The translations under genes and the position numbers were made by a program. Source: Lama glama (taxonomy: Eukaryota). Taken from it: a stretch of DNA of 64,000 nucleotides. The stretch is taken from positions 1,922,001 to 1,986,000 of the forward strand of contig CM052824.1 in NCBI GenBank assembly GCA_028534125.1. Direction: 5' to 3'. Shown here in pieces: positions 26,490-37,578 of the stretch. The notes beneath the pieces were generated by a model, which was not told the origin of the DNA, did not search any database, and saw nothing but the letters and a program-made list of their open reading frames with translations. Numbering within the stretch: the stretch's first letter is position 1; each line of letters opens with the position of its first letter.

Positions 26490-29120
26490 TTCCTCCTTTA
26501 TGACCACTGTGCCATCTGGAAACTAATCATCCAGCAGCACAGTTCGCTTTATCCTTAACCTCTTCCCTACACCTTCCATTCACCCCCTCATGCTTGTGTT
26601 TAACTCCCATACTCCTCTTATCATGGAGCCTAGAGATGGATGGTGTAGGAGTTGTACGTTCCTCATTGCCATTCTTACGCTCTTCTCCCTCACCAGTCCT
26701 ACCCAATCTTTGAATTTCATGTTATTCAACCGTATATTAACTCTCATCTCTTGTTGCAATCATCTACAGATGTCTCATTCTTTCCCCTTTATTTCTAGGC
26801 TTTAGCTCCTGGCTCACCGACAGTATATCTTAATTCTTGGTGATCTTAATATCCCTGTGGACGATTCTTCGAACATCTTGAGGGCCCGTCAGATCCCTGA
26901 ACCCTTCTCTTCTGGTGATTCTGTGCCTGACTCTAGTTCACCCGCCCATTTCCAATGTCTCATATAGACCAGATCAATTCCAAAAACTATAACCCTTACA
27001 ACAGTCGTAATCTCCAACATCCCACTCTCTGATCATCATCTTTTTTTCCCCAGTACTCTCATTTCAACAAGCCTATCCTGGATCTATGGTCCTACCACAG
27101 ACCTACCATCTATGGTCCTACCAACATGCCCTTCGTGTCCAAGGTTAATTACCATACTCACCCCCTTTGACATGCCTTTGTATCCTATGCTCTTCACTTC
27201 ATACTACTCATTTGGTAAAAATCTGCCTAATTACCTACTCAGTATCCATGTATCTATTATGACAGGAAAAAAATACAAAACCACGTTGTCTGGTCTCATA
27301 TTGGGTAATGAGTAGGAACCTCAAGTGGGTCCACGGCGCTGCCCCACAGTTACACTACACTTCTCTAGTCCGTCTGCTTTCCATTCTCCCGATGACTATT
27401 TCATACACTTTTTCATCCATCCTCAAAGTTCTAGCAATTCTCCCCTAGCCTTTAAAATCAGCTGATGAGTTGCTTCCTTTTTAACTGAGAGGAGAAAAAA
27501 ACAATGAGGAAACTGATTTTTCCATGCTTTTGGTCCTCTCTTCTCTTCCTACAGATGAACTGTCTATGCTCCTAAGGTTAATTTTTCTACCTGTGTACAG
27601 AATTTCCTCTCAAGGATATCACATTATCAATTCTTCCCTTCCTTTCCAATATTATACATTCTCCATTTACTGTACCATTCTCAGCAGCTTACAAACACGC
27701 TCTTATTTCTCCTGTCTTAAACAAGCACCCAAATGAGTTGGACTCCACTTTCTCCTCAGGCTGCCTGCTCTATGTCCCTGTTCCTCTTTACACTAGAACT
27801 CCTTGAGTCTAAACTTACTGTCACAGTTCCTCCCCTTAAACAAGATTTTGCCCCTTCTATTCCACCAAAACTACTCTCAAGGTCAGCAACGACTTCAATG
27901 TCCTGAATCCAGTGGTCCACTAAGAGTCCTCATTTCACTTGATCTGTCCAGTGATTGCACTGGATCACTCCCCTCACTCTGTTTATTCCCAGGCCACACA
28001 CCTGGTTTACATCCTACAGCTCGAAGCTCACCCTCTCCCGCCCCCGTCAGCCGGCTCCTTAGCTGTGCCGCAGCACTTCAGTGCGCAGCCCGTGGCCCCC
28101 TTCTTTTCTCTACCTATACTCACTCTTTTGGTACTCTTATCGAGTCTCACAGATTTAAATATCCTTGATACGCTGACGACTCTCTAATTTATATCTCTAA
28201 TTCACCCTCCAATTCCAAGACTTATATATCCTAAAATTGGGTATCTCCACTTCATACCGCAAACTAAACACGTCTAAAACTGGGCTCCTGGTATACCTGA
28301 CGTGCCTCCCCAACCCCACTGGCTCTTCCTGCGGCATTCCCCATTTTAATTAACCCAAACTTCATTCTTTCAGTTGCTCAGGCCAAATACTTGCAGTAAA
28401 TCTTGACACCTCTAAGCCTCATATACAGGAAGTCTATCAGGAAATCCTGCTGTTTTACCTTTAAAATACACCCAGGGTTTGACCGCTTCCAACACATCTA
28501 CCAGTCACCCTGATCTGAGCCACCATCATCTCCTGACTGGGTTACTGACCAACTTAGTGCAACAGGCTCTGATCAGGTCTGTCAGCTTATACTCATGTGC
28601 TCCAACATCTAACCTCAACAGAGCAGCAAGAACGATCTTGTTAAAGGCTAAAATCAAATCATGTCACTCCTCAGCTCAAAACCCTCCAAAGACTTCCTTA
28701 TCTCTGAGTAAAGGCCAAATTCTAAACAGTGGCTTCCAAAGCCTGCGTATCCTTGCTCCTTGTTTCCTTGATTAACCTGCAGCTAAGCCTTCCTCGCTGC
28801 TGCCTGAACACAGCAGCTGTGTTCCTGCTTCAGAGATTTTGTACTTGCTGTACCCTCTCCTAGAGCATCTCTCAGATGCCTGCATGCCTTGCTTCCTCAC
28901 ATCTTCCAAATCTGTTTTCCCTGACTGCTGCAAACCTTTACTCCTAACCAAGGTAACTTCCGGCTGTATTTTTCTCCAGAGCATTTATCACCTTCTAATA
29001 TACTACGTAATTCACACTGATTTTCTACTCCTCTCTACTCCTCAATAGAATGCAGGTTCCATGAAGGCAGGGATTTTATCTATTTTATTTACAGTATATT
29101 GATACTTAGAATAGTGCATT
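26490..29120 (+). mobile_element. Long L2 LINE remnant (ORF2 endonuclease region to 3' end)
   Basis: Pyrimidine-rich, with an EN-like ILGDLNIPVDD at about 26830, typical L2 RT-region sequence and 3' end 'agaatgcaggttccatgaaggcaggga...cttagaatagtgc'. Confidence 0.8.
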
Positions 29121-30019
29121 CTAAAAAATTAAAAGTAAATGCTTCTCTGATAAATAAAAGGGTTCTAATGATAAAAAGAACTAATTTCTAATTCAAGTTT
29201 GACTCTAGAGTTAAGACATTTTCTAGCATCCCTTCCTCAGTGAACTCAGTTCCTCAGCAGTGATTAAATACATACATTTCTGATAAGGGGGGAATAAAAC
29301 CTCTCTCTCCCCACATACGTGTGTAAATACACACACACATGATTTTTAAAGTCTCTAACCACGGAATTTTACTCTCAGATTTACTAGTGTAATTAGCTTT
29401 TGTTTAGCCACGGAGGTCTACCTACACCAGCAACTGCCACAGTTGCTTGATATGTTAATCCTTCCAATTATTTAAAAATGAAATATATTTACTAATCTTA
29501 TGACTACTGCTTCTGTCTCCTTATCTGTATGTGGATAATAACACCTACCTCAGTGCAGCAAAGACTAGATTCTGTTTGCATGGCTGAGCATATATGTATG
29601 TATGACTGAGCATTTGCGTGGCTTTAAGCAGAATGCCAAGAATGCATGGTTCCAACAGCAACCCCTCTGCTGCATGCCTAAAGCATCAGGGCAAAGTGGA
29701 CAGGAAGTACTAAGGCTTCTTGGGCTTAAAACACTTGCAATGATGTGGGGACAGAGTCGTGTTCTGATTTTAGATATTACCATCAGTAACAAAACTTCAA
29801 ATACACAGAAGCGTAAATACTTCTGTAAATCCTATTAGGGTCACCAGTGTTAGGCTACAACTCATTTTTAAGATGTAAAATTGGTTTTGTGGATTTGCCT
29901 AATTTTGTTCTAGGTCTAGTTTTGAAAGATTAACGTGCAGAAAGGAACATCAAAGTGAAGAAACTTTTTTCTTTGCCTTATTCCTTGAAATAACTTCTTT
30001 TGATACACCACCTCCAAAT

Positions 30020-30620
30020 GTTAAGTATCGCTCCCCTGCTCTAATGGTTCCCCACTACATAAATCGCAAACTCCTTACCATACTTACTTTAAAGGGCATT
30101 CATGACATATTTCTGCTTCACTATTCTAGCCTCATCCACTGTCCCATTCTTAACTTGAGCACTATAAGCCAACCAGAATGAACTACTGTCAGTTCCCTGA
30201 ACTTGCCACTCTCTCTCCTTCCTCTGGCCCTTTCATATACATATTTTCCCTCCGCCTGGAATATTCGTCCCTGCCCCTTTCTTCATCTAGATTATTCCTA
30301 CTAAAGTAATTTTCATCTTTGAGTCTTTGCTAGACCTGCCTGAGTCACAGACAGATATCTCTCATAGTACTCTGAGCTTATCTTTCTCCTTACCACATGG
30401 CCTGTCCAACCATGACCTGTTCTTCTACTCAGACTTTAAGTGTTGTGAGAGCAGAAATCACGTTTGTCCTGTATGTCATTATATTCTCAATGTCACCTTA
30501 CAACGTGAGCTCAACAAGGTAAGAAATTTTGCCTGTTCTATTTGCTGATATAAGCCTAGAGCACAGAACAGTGTTTGGACATTACAGGTGTTCAATAAAT
30601 ATCTGATGAACGAATGATTG
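30020..30620 (+). mobile_element. L2 3' fragment(s)
   Basis: Ends 'ggtgttcaataaatatctgatgaacgaatga'. Confidence 0.7.
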
Positions 30621-31110
30621 AGCTATGTGCTTTACATGCTGTCCTTTTACTTTAAAATATATTACCACACTCAAAGCAAAATCAAGCGGCTTGAGGTTTT
30701 ATGGAATATTTTAAAATCTTTTCTTTTTAACAAGTGAGGAATAAATAATAATTAGTTTATCCCTAAGGGCAACTAAATGTCGATGTAACTGTATCTTCCT
30801 CAACTAACTGCAACGGTATTCAAGAGAAAAGTGTGCCTCAAACACTTTTACGCTTTCTTTACATAGCACTAAAAAGTATTCACTTAAACTATCTCCTCAT
30901 CCCTGTTAACATTCTTCTGTGCCCAAAGAGCTCAAAATGTTTTTGTTTCCTCAGAAGTGATAATCACTTTCTTTAAAAAAAATCTGATTTTAAGCAAGCT
31001 AGTAAAAGCCTTTCATTCCTCTAAGCTTCACCTCCATTATTTGTTCTTAAGAAAAAAACCTGAACTTCTTCCCGTATTAGGAGTTTCATTTGCGAAAAGG
31101 AAATTATCAC

Positions 31111-31211
31111 CTTCCCAGTTGTTTCTGCAGGTCTAGCATGTACTGGTAACACTGTGCGTAGTAGGTCATCTGGGCTTCCACAAAGTCATTCAGACAGCGG
31201 AGGTGGTGGGC
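31111..31211 (-). CDS. SH3GLB1: SH3GLB1 exon 9, AHHLRCLNDFVEAQMTYYAQCYQYMLDLQKQLG(S)
   Basis: 101 nt. Acceptor ttacag|GCC, donor AG|gtgata. Encodes the end of the BAR domain. Confidence 0.96.
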
Positions 31212-31615
31212 CTGTAAGGAAAGGGACAGTCACCTCTTAGCTCTATAATCTACTCACAGTGGCAAACGTTACGGGAAGACAGAGCACAACCCTGTACTCA
31301 AGGCAAATCATCAGTATCCAGCATTTTACTACAAAGCTTTTTAAGATTAACCTTGGTTACAGTTTGTAGTAACAAACTGTTTAACAAAAACAAACAAAAA
31401 AAAACCCCACAACAAATGGATATGATGATGGTGGGAGAATTAGGCGATGAGGTGTGAACAAAAATTTAAAATATTTCTTCGTATATCTTGGAAAGTACCA
31501 CAATTTAAGTATCTTTGATAAATGACTGAAAAGGAAGTTCGATTCTCCCTCCCAGAATTTCCCTAGGACTATCAGTCTTTTGTTTTGAACGAATTTCCAA
31601 TGAATGAACACTCAC

Positions 31616-31705
31616 ATGTGTGCTGCTGATCCCCTCGAGCAGAAGCCTGGTAATCTCTGCTTGACGATCAAATTCACTTTGAGTTATTCTTAATTCCTGT
31701 TCAGA
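31616..31705 (-). CDS. SH3GLB1: SH3GLB1 exon 8, SEQELRITQSEFDRQAEITRLLLEGISSTH
   Basis: 90 nt. Acceptor tttaag|TCT, donor CAT|gtgagt. Confidence 0.97.
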
Positions 31706-32381
31706 CTTAAATTGAAACACAGCTTTAGAATTCCAGGAGAGGACTTAGTCCATCTTATGAACATTCATTTAGACAGTTAAAAAATCCCCCAAACAAACCC
31801 AAATAATAATCGGCAATTCCCTGATTCTGCTTTGTATCTAAACTGGTCCTTGGTTTCTAGATATTAGCTTTTCTATGTTACTCAATCTAGACAGAACTGA
31901 TTACTCACTGATTCCTGACTTGATTCTATTAATGCCAAAGCTTAATGACAAATGACAATGACAAAAAAGCCTAGCAAAACTACTATGGGACAGTCAATAC
32001 TTTTTCATACATTTTTTAGCAGAAATTTTGCTAAATTTTAACATTTTACAAAATCTTAAAAGATTATCGTTTACATATAAAACAGTATTTTAAAAAATTC
32101 TCAATTATTACTATAGTTAACTTTATTTTGGAGTTAAAAATAGCCTTCAATTTCAAATAAAAGAACTTCAGAATGACACTAGGATTTAACCTTTTGTGCT
32201 AAGTTATCCATATACTTGTCTCTAGGGACATGGTTCTCAGGTTCCTTCAAAGGATTTTTTTGGCCTATGTATATTTTTAATATGTTCTTTTCAACCTTTG
32301 CATAAAATATATCTTAAACAGAAATATTATCTGTAAGATAAGCTAGGGTTTTTCTGCAAGTTGATCATGGCCTCATTCAAT

Positions 32382-32539
32382 CAATGGTGTGCAGGTAAAC
32401 TGGCTTTCCAGGGAGGAAAAAAGCTCTAATGTGCTGATTTTCATGGTATAAGTACTCCCACCAGAGCAGATTTCAAGCTACCACGGTGAAGTCACTGATC
32501 TTAGAGCTAGAAAAAGGTGTGTGTAATAGCACACCACTG
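32382..32539. mobile_element. MER63-like hAT MITE
   Basis: Terminal inverted repeats caatggtgtgc ... gcacaccactg and internal 'gatttcaagctacca'. Confidence 0.7.
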
Positions 32540-34695
32540 CTAGCTTCAACCATCTGATACAGGTTTAGTGTGAGTACAAAACAATTCACTCAAAAAATAA
32601 ATCAGTATGACCTAAAAATAGTAAATACTTGCAAAAAACACCTTCTCAAACTTTTAGCTAGAGTGACTAGTAGTGAGGAGGAAAAAATAGTATCTCAAAG
32701 GTCATTCAAAATAGTTGGCTTATCCCCCACTGCTAATTATTATTGGTGATAGTATCATTATAATGATATTTTCTACTACCTCTCCAGGATCAGCTGCTTC
32801 CCCCTCCCATGCAAATAATTACAGTATTTTCAAGACTATAGTAAATATAAAAAAAGAGTCTAAATTTATTCCTTTCACAGCCCTCTTGTTCTCCTTCACT
32901 GTTTGGTGGCAATAGTTAACCTAGTTAAGCAGTCAATAATGAAGCAGCAGCAAAAAAGAGAGAATCATTTGCTATAATCAGTCTCATCCCATTGGCTAAA
33001 GACCTGACAGAGAGGACCAAGAATGGACCACTAGACTGGATTTATGAAAATAAGCTTGAATTATTCAATAAGTCAAGAGTTAAAATTAAATTTACTTATT
33101 AACCAAAATTAGAATACATGGTGCTTTGATTATAGGGCTGAAGTTAGCTTCATCTGGTAGCTAGTACGTAGCAGAAAAAAGTCCCAGGAGAATAAAAGAG
33201 TCAATGTTCTCCCTAAAAAAAGTGTTGAAGAAAACCAATCACTTCAGTGTTACATTTGCACTGTTTACTGTTCTGCTTGGTATAAAGGTTTTGACTGATA
33301 GAAGTAACCATAAGCAAACCAAAAATAAATGCACTTCAGAAATAACTGAGGCTAACTCCATGTAGGTTTGATTGTGAAGGTACAATGTGATTTAACGGCC
33401 TTTAGCAGAAATGGCAGGAAAGCGTACTAAATGAGTGTTTCTGTGTAAGGCAAAAGCAAGTAACCCAGGTAGCAGATTAAAAGTGACCAGGAAGTTTGAG
33501 TCTGAAATGGAAATAATATTTTAAAGCTAAGAACGCTGAATAAAAAATATAAAATGATCTCATTAAGGATAAGGAATCAATCTTCTACGTTTGAGCAAAA
33601 TTTAAACTACTTAATTGTGAACAAAGCACCATTTTACAAAGCCAAGGAAGTCATTCTTCCGTACAATCTAGACTTTATATTTAGGAAAGGTAAATGACAG
33701 GAGGGAAACCAATCTCATTTCTTGAACAAGTTTCAATGCATGTTTGGGGTGGTGGCACACAGTCTAATGCCCCAAGCCATCTCTACTTCTGACACATGTA
33801 ATTGATCAATTAATCTGAGAAGCTGAGGTAACTGAAATAAGGTTCAGCATACCCAACTTACTTAGGAAGAAAATAATTCTGACTAGAAAGACAGATAATA
33901 AGGGGAGCGAGAAAGACAATGAACTTAAAGAGTTTCTATTCTGTCCTCCAGAAGAGCTCATTCCTTGACTTGATTTTACAGCTAAGACATCGAGGTCTAG
34001 GGAGAAGACCTTCTACTGCTTGGGAATACTGTCGCTCAGCTAACTGATCTACAGTGTATGACAGCATATCTTGGGTTAGAGAAGCATGGAAAGTTCTTTT
34101 ATGACGTAACTTGGAAAAAGGGCAAGAATCTGTTGGTTTGTTACACGAGGACTAGGTAACCATAAGCCAGAAATTTTGTCAAGCTTCTGAGGCACTTTGC
34201 TATGACAATCTTGGTCAGTGTTACCTACGTCTTCTAGGGGCTTAAATCTTAAACTATTTCAGAAATATGAAGTTTTAAAATTATATATTTTTAAATTATA
34301 AAAATGACAGAAGTGAGAAGTATAGAAGAAAAAAAAAAACTCCCCAAACCCATTTTGATATATTTTAAGTTTTTTTCACATATACAAACATAATAATGTA
34401 AATATTAGTTCCATGAGTTTCTTTCCATTACATCAACTATTTTCCAAACTTGTAGAGACTGTAGAGTCAAATCAAGAAATTTTTTGGTATACCTGTATGC
34501 TAACCAAAGCAGAGGAGACCCTGGTTTTCTTGATCAGCCTACACTCTCTCCTATGTTACTCTGCCCCCTTTTCATGCTAAAAGGCTCAGGAAGAAATCAG
34601 AGGCCAGTGCGTGCATAACCACAACTAAGCTGATGAATGGATTCCACAAAGGAGGATGAGGGCATTAAAAACAAGAATCAAGAATCTCACACTGG

Positions 34696-34758
34696 CTGTA
34701 CACCAGAAACTGACATACTGTAAACTGACTAACTTCATTAAAAAAAATAATAAAAAAA
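34696..34758 (+). mobile_element. Extremely 5'-truncated lineage-specific L1 tail with 16-bp target-site duplication (TSD)
   Basis: 'ctgtacaccagaaactgaca...tgtaaactgactaacttca' plus A-tail, flanked by aagaatctcacactgg / aagaacctcacattgg. Confidence 0.8.
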
Positions 34759-35755
34759 AAGAACCTCACATTGGATTTCCAAGTCATGGAATCCATAGCT
34801 CCATAAGCTATGCATGAAACAATACTGTGTATAGTCAGCAATCATACAAGGTCAGAAAATAGAAGTTAGAAGTTTGTAAAACTGTTTAATAGTCAGGGAC
34901 CCGATTACCACCTGCCTTCAATCCCCAGCACTGGCCTCATCTCAAGGTCAGATTCTGGTAGGCCTGAACACGAGAAACAAAGGAAAATGCTTCTGAAGAC
35001 CTCAAACAGCACTTGAAACAAATCTGTACTAAAATCATAATTTTATTCCTTAAACTTGCTTGGTTATTTGCCTTCCCAGCCAAGCGAGCATTAGAAATGG
35101 GAGCACAGGCCGAGGGACTGGTAGTAGCAGGAATACGCACAGCTCCTAAAGGTAACAGACTGACACCGAGGGAGAGACAACGTACTTCAAAAACAAAGAA
35201 TGGATCCAACTGCCACACAGCACAATAATGGATATTCATAAAATGACCATAACTATAAATGGAATTAAATATATGCCATCCTGTATTTAACTTTTTACAA
35301 ATATTTCCACTAAAATGACAGAAAAATTAGCTTTGGTGCTGGAGAGAACGAGCTCCCATTACCTAGGAAATTCATTTGTGTGACATGACACATTCAGTTC
35401 TCTGAAGATACAGGACATGGTGTGAACTACACTCTACGTAATTATCATATGAATAAACTAAGTATTTAAAAGCTGTCTTCTGGCAAGGCTTTGTAAAGAT
35501 CACCACTTATGTAGCACGTGCCCAGTCTTGATCAGGGTGTGTGCAAACCACACCTCTGCAGCACTGTTCTACTGGCCGCTTCGTGGAACTACTGCTAGCC
35601 AAACAGACCGGAGCTTTCCATCATCATCTTCAGCTTTTGTAAGATACGGTAACAAAGACTGACTGGCCCCACGGTTGTTGCCCGATAAATATTTACTGAA
35701 TGAAAAGACAATTAAGCTCTTGTTTCATAATTCTGTAGTTTAATAATTTACTTAC

Positions 35756-35779
35756 TTTTGTCACTTCCTCTGCCCAAAT
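35756..35779 (-). CDS. SH3GLB1: SH3GLB1 neural 24-nt microexon (exon 7), IWAEEVTK
   Basis: ctag|ATTTGGGCAGAGGAAGTGACAAAA|gtaagt, frame-preserving. It matches the insert of the neuronal endophilin B1b/c isoforms and has UGC at -10..-8. Confidence 0.92.
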
Positions 35780-37397
35780 CTAGCCAGCATTAAAAATTAG
35801 AGAAAAATACAGAGCATGAAAGAAAGTTGGAATTTAACATTTTCTACAACTTCGTATAGAAAAATGTGAATATTTTAATTCAAATGGTATACTCCCCTTT
35901 TCTAGAATCACATTAACAGGTTAAATGCAGTAATAACTAAATCATTAGAGCTTACTGTGTGTGCTGTGAAAGCACGCCTTCACATGTATCAATACTATTG
36001 AGTTTTGAATCTTATACTAATTCTATAAATTAGTAAGTTTTCCAAAACTAGGAATAGTTAACCCCTCTTAGATCTAGTTTTCTCATCAGTAAAGTGAGAG
36101 GTTTAGATTAAGTGATTTCTAATTTCTCATTTAGGCCCAACATTCTACAATTATAGGAAGTTAAAATAAAGCAAGGATAAATGGACACTGAATGTTGATA
36201 CAGCCATTTGGGAGGGAGGGCACAATAAACTTGAAATATTACGAACTTAAAATTACCAGAGTTAAGTACATCTTACTGTAAGTAGATGACATTAAGTGGT
36301 AAAACAAATGCCTAATAAATGAAACAAAGTCTTGCTAATTGTTTAAGATATTTTTACCTAAGATGAAAAAAATGTATGATTTAAACACTGTTTACCAATA
36401 ACTGAAACAGCCTCACACTTTTCAATTATCTACATACAGATAGGACAATGAAAATAAATGAATGCATTCTCTTGCTATCTGAAGAAAGCCTTAATTTAGC
36501 CAGGGCTCCAATAATTATAGCAGTTAAAAAAAATGTATTTTACGTAGTCTGTACAATAACTTTTCCCATTACATAGTTCCCCCCTCTTTTTAGTTCAGTG
36601 CTTATGAAATAAAAGCATTCAACTGATTCAACAAATAAGTACTGCCAATTATTTATCACTTAATACTGCAGATTCTGTGCTCCCTCTATGAAAGTAATAC
36701 ACCCAGGAGTATCACATCAAACACTGTATCTATAAATCTTTACTGGCTAACATTTATGAGTTCTGGGGCTATGTTCAGATTTTACTAATTTCTATTTTGT
36801 TAAAAAATTAAAAATTCCTAGCATCTCAAAAATTTCCTCAAATCAAGGTCAATAATACACAAAGGATACTACAGAACAATTCTTACTCCCAATTCTTGCT
36901 CAAGGCTATCACTATTCTGCAACTTTTGTGAGTGAATTAGCACTGGATAGGCCTCAACAATACAAACTTACGTAAACCACTTGTCTTGGCCTGAAATTGC
37001 AGAAGAAATGAATTTGATCTTAAGTTTGGGTGAAAATTAAAGTAAACATTAAAGGTATTGAGAAGCGAAGTAAACTTGTACATCTTATACATTTCTCTAA
37101 GTTAATTTTGATAATTTTCTTTGCCAAAAGTGAAAATATTAAGTGTCAGCTACACTAACATCTTTTATCCTGTAGAAAAGGCATTATATATTTATGTACA
37201 AATTCAGATTTTTAAAATCTGAATTTGGCATAGCTGATATACTTGGCAATTAGAACACACAATTTCTTTTCTTCAAGTTCCAATATTACTTCAGCTAGTA
37301 TTCTCTGCATTTTTTGTTAGACTAATGAATGCATGGCTTCAATTACTTTAGACTTTTACATGCAGATAATAGCAAGAGAAGGCACTTTATTTAAGAT

Positions 37398-37578
37398 NNN
37401 NNNNNNNNNNNNNNNNNNNNNNNNNNNNNNNNNNNNNNNNNNNNNNNNNNNNNNNNNNNNNNNNNNNNNNNNNNNNNNNNNNNNNNNNNNNNNNNNNNNN
37501 NNNNNNNNNNNNNNNNNNNNNNNNNNNNNNNNNNNNNNNNNNNNNNNNNNNNNNNNNNNNNNNNNNNNNNNNNNNNNN
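37398..37578 (-). other. SH3GLB1: N-gap (181 nt) at the expected position of neural alternative exon 6 (QLNSARLEGDNIM, short/long forms)
   Basis: I did not find this exon in the called sequence between exons 5 and 7. An RBFOX motif (TGCATG, minus strand, 37359-37364) lies just downstream of the gap. Inference only. Confidence 0.5.
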
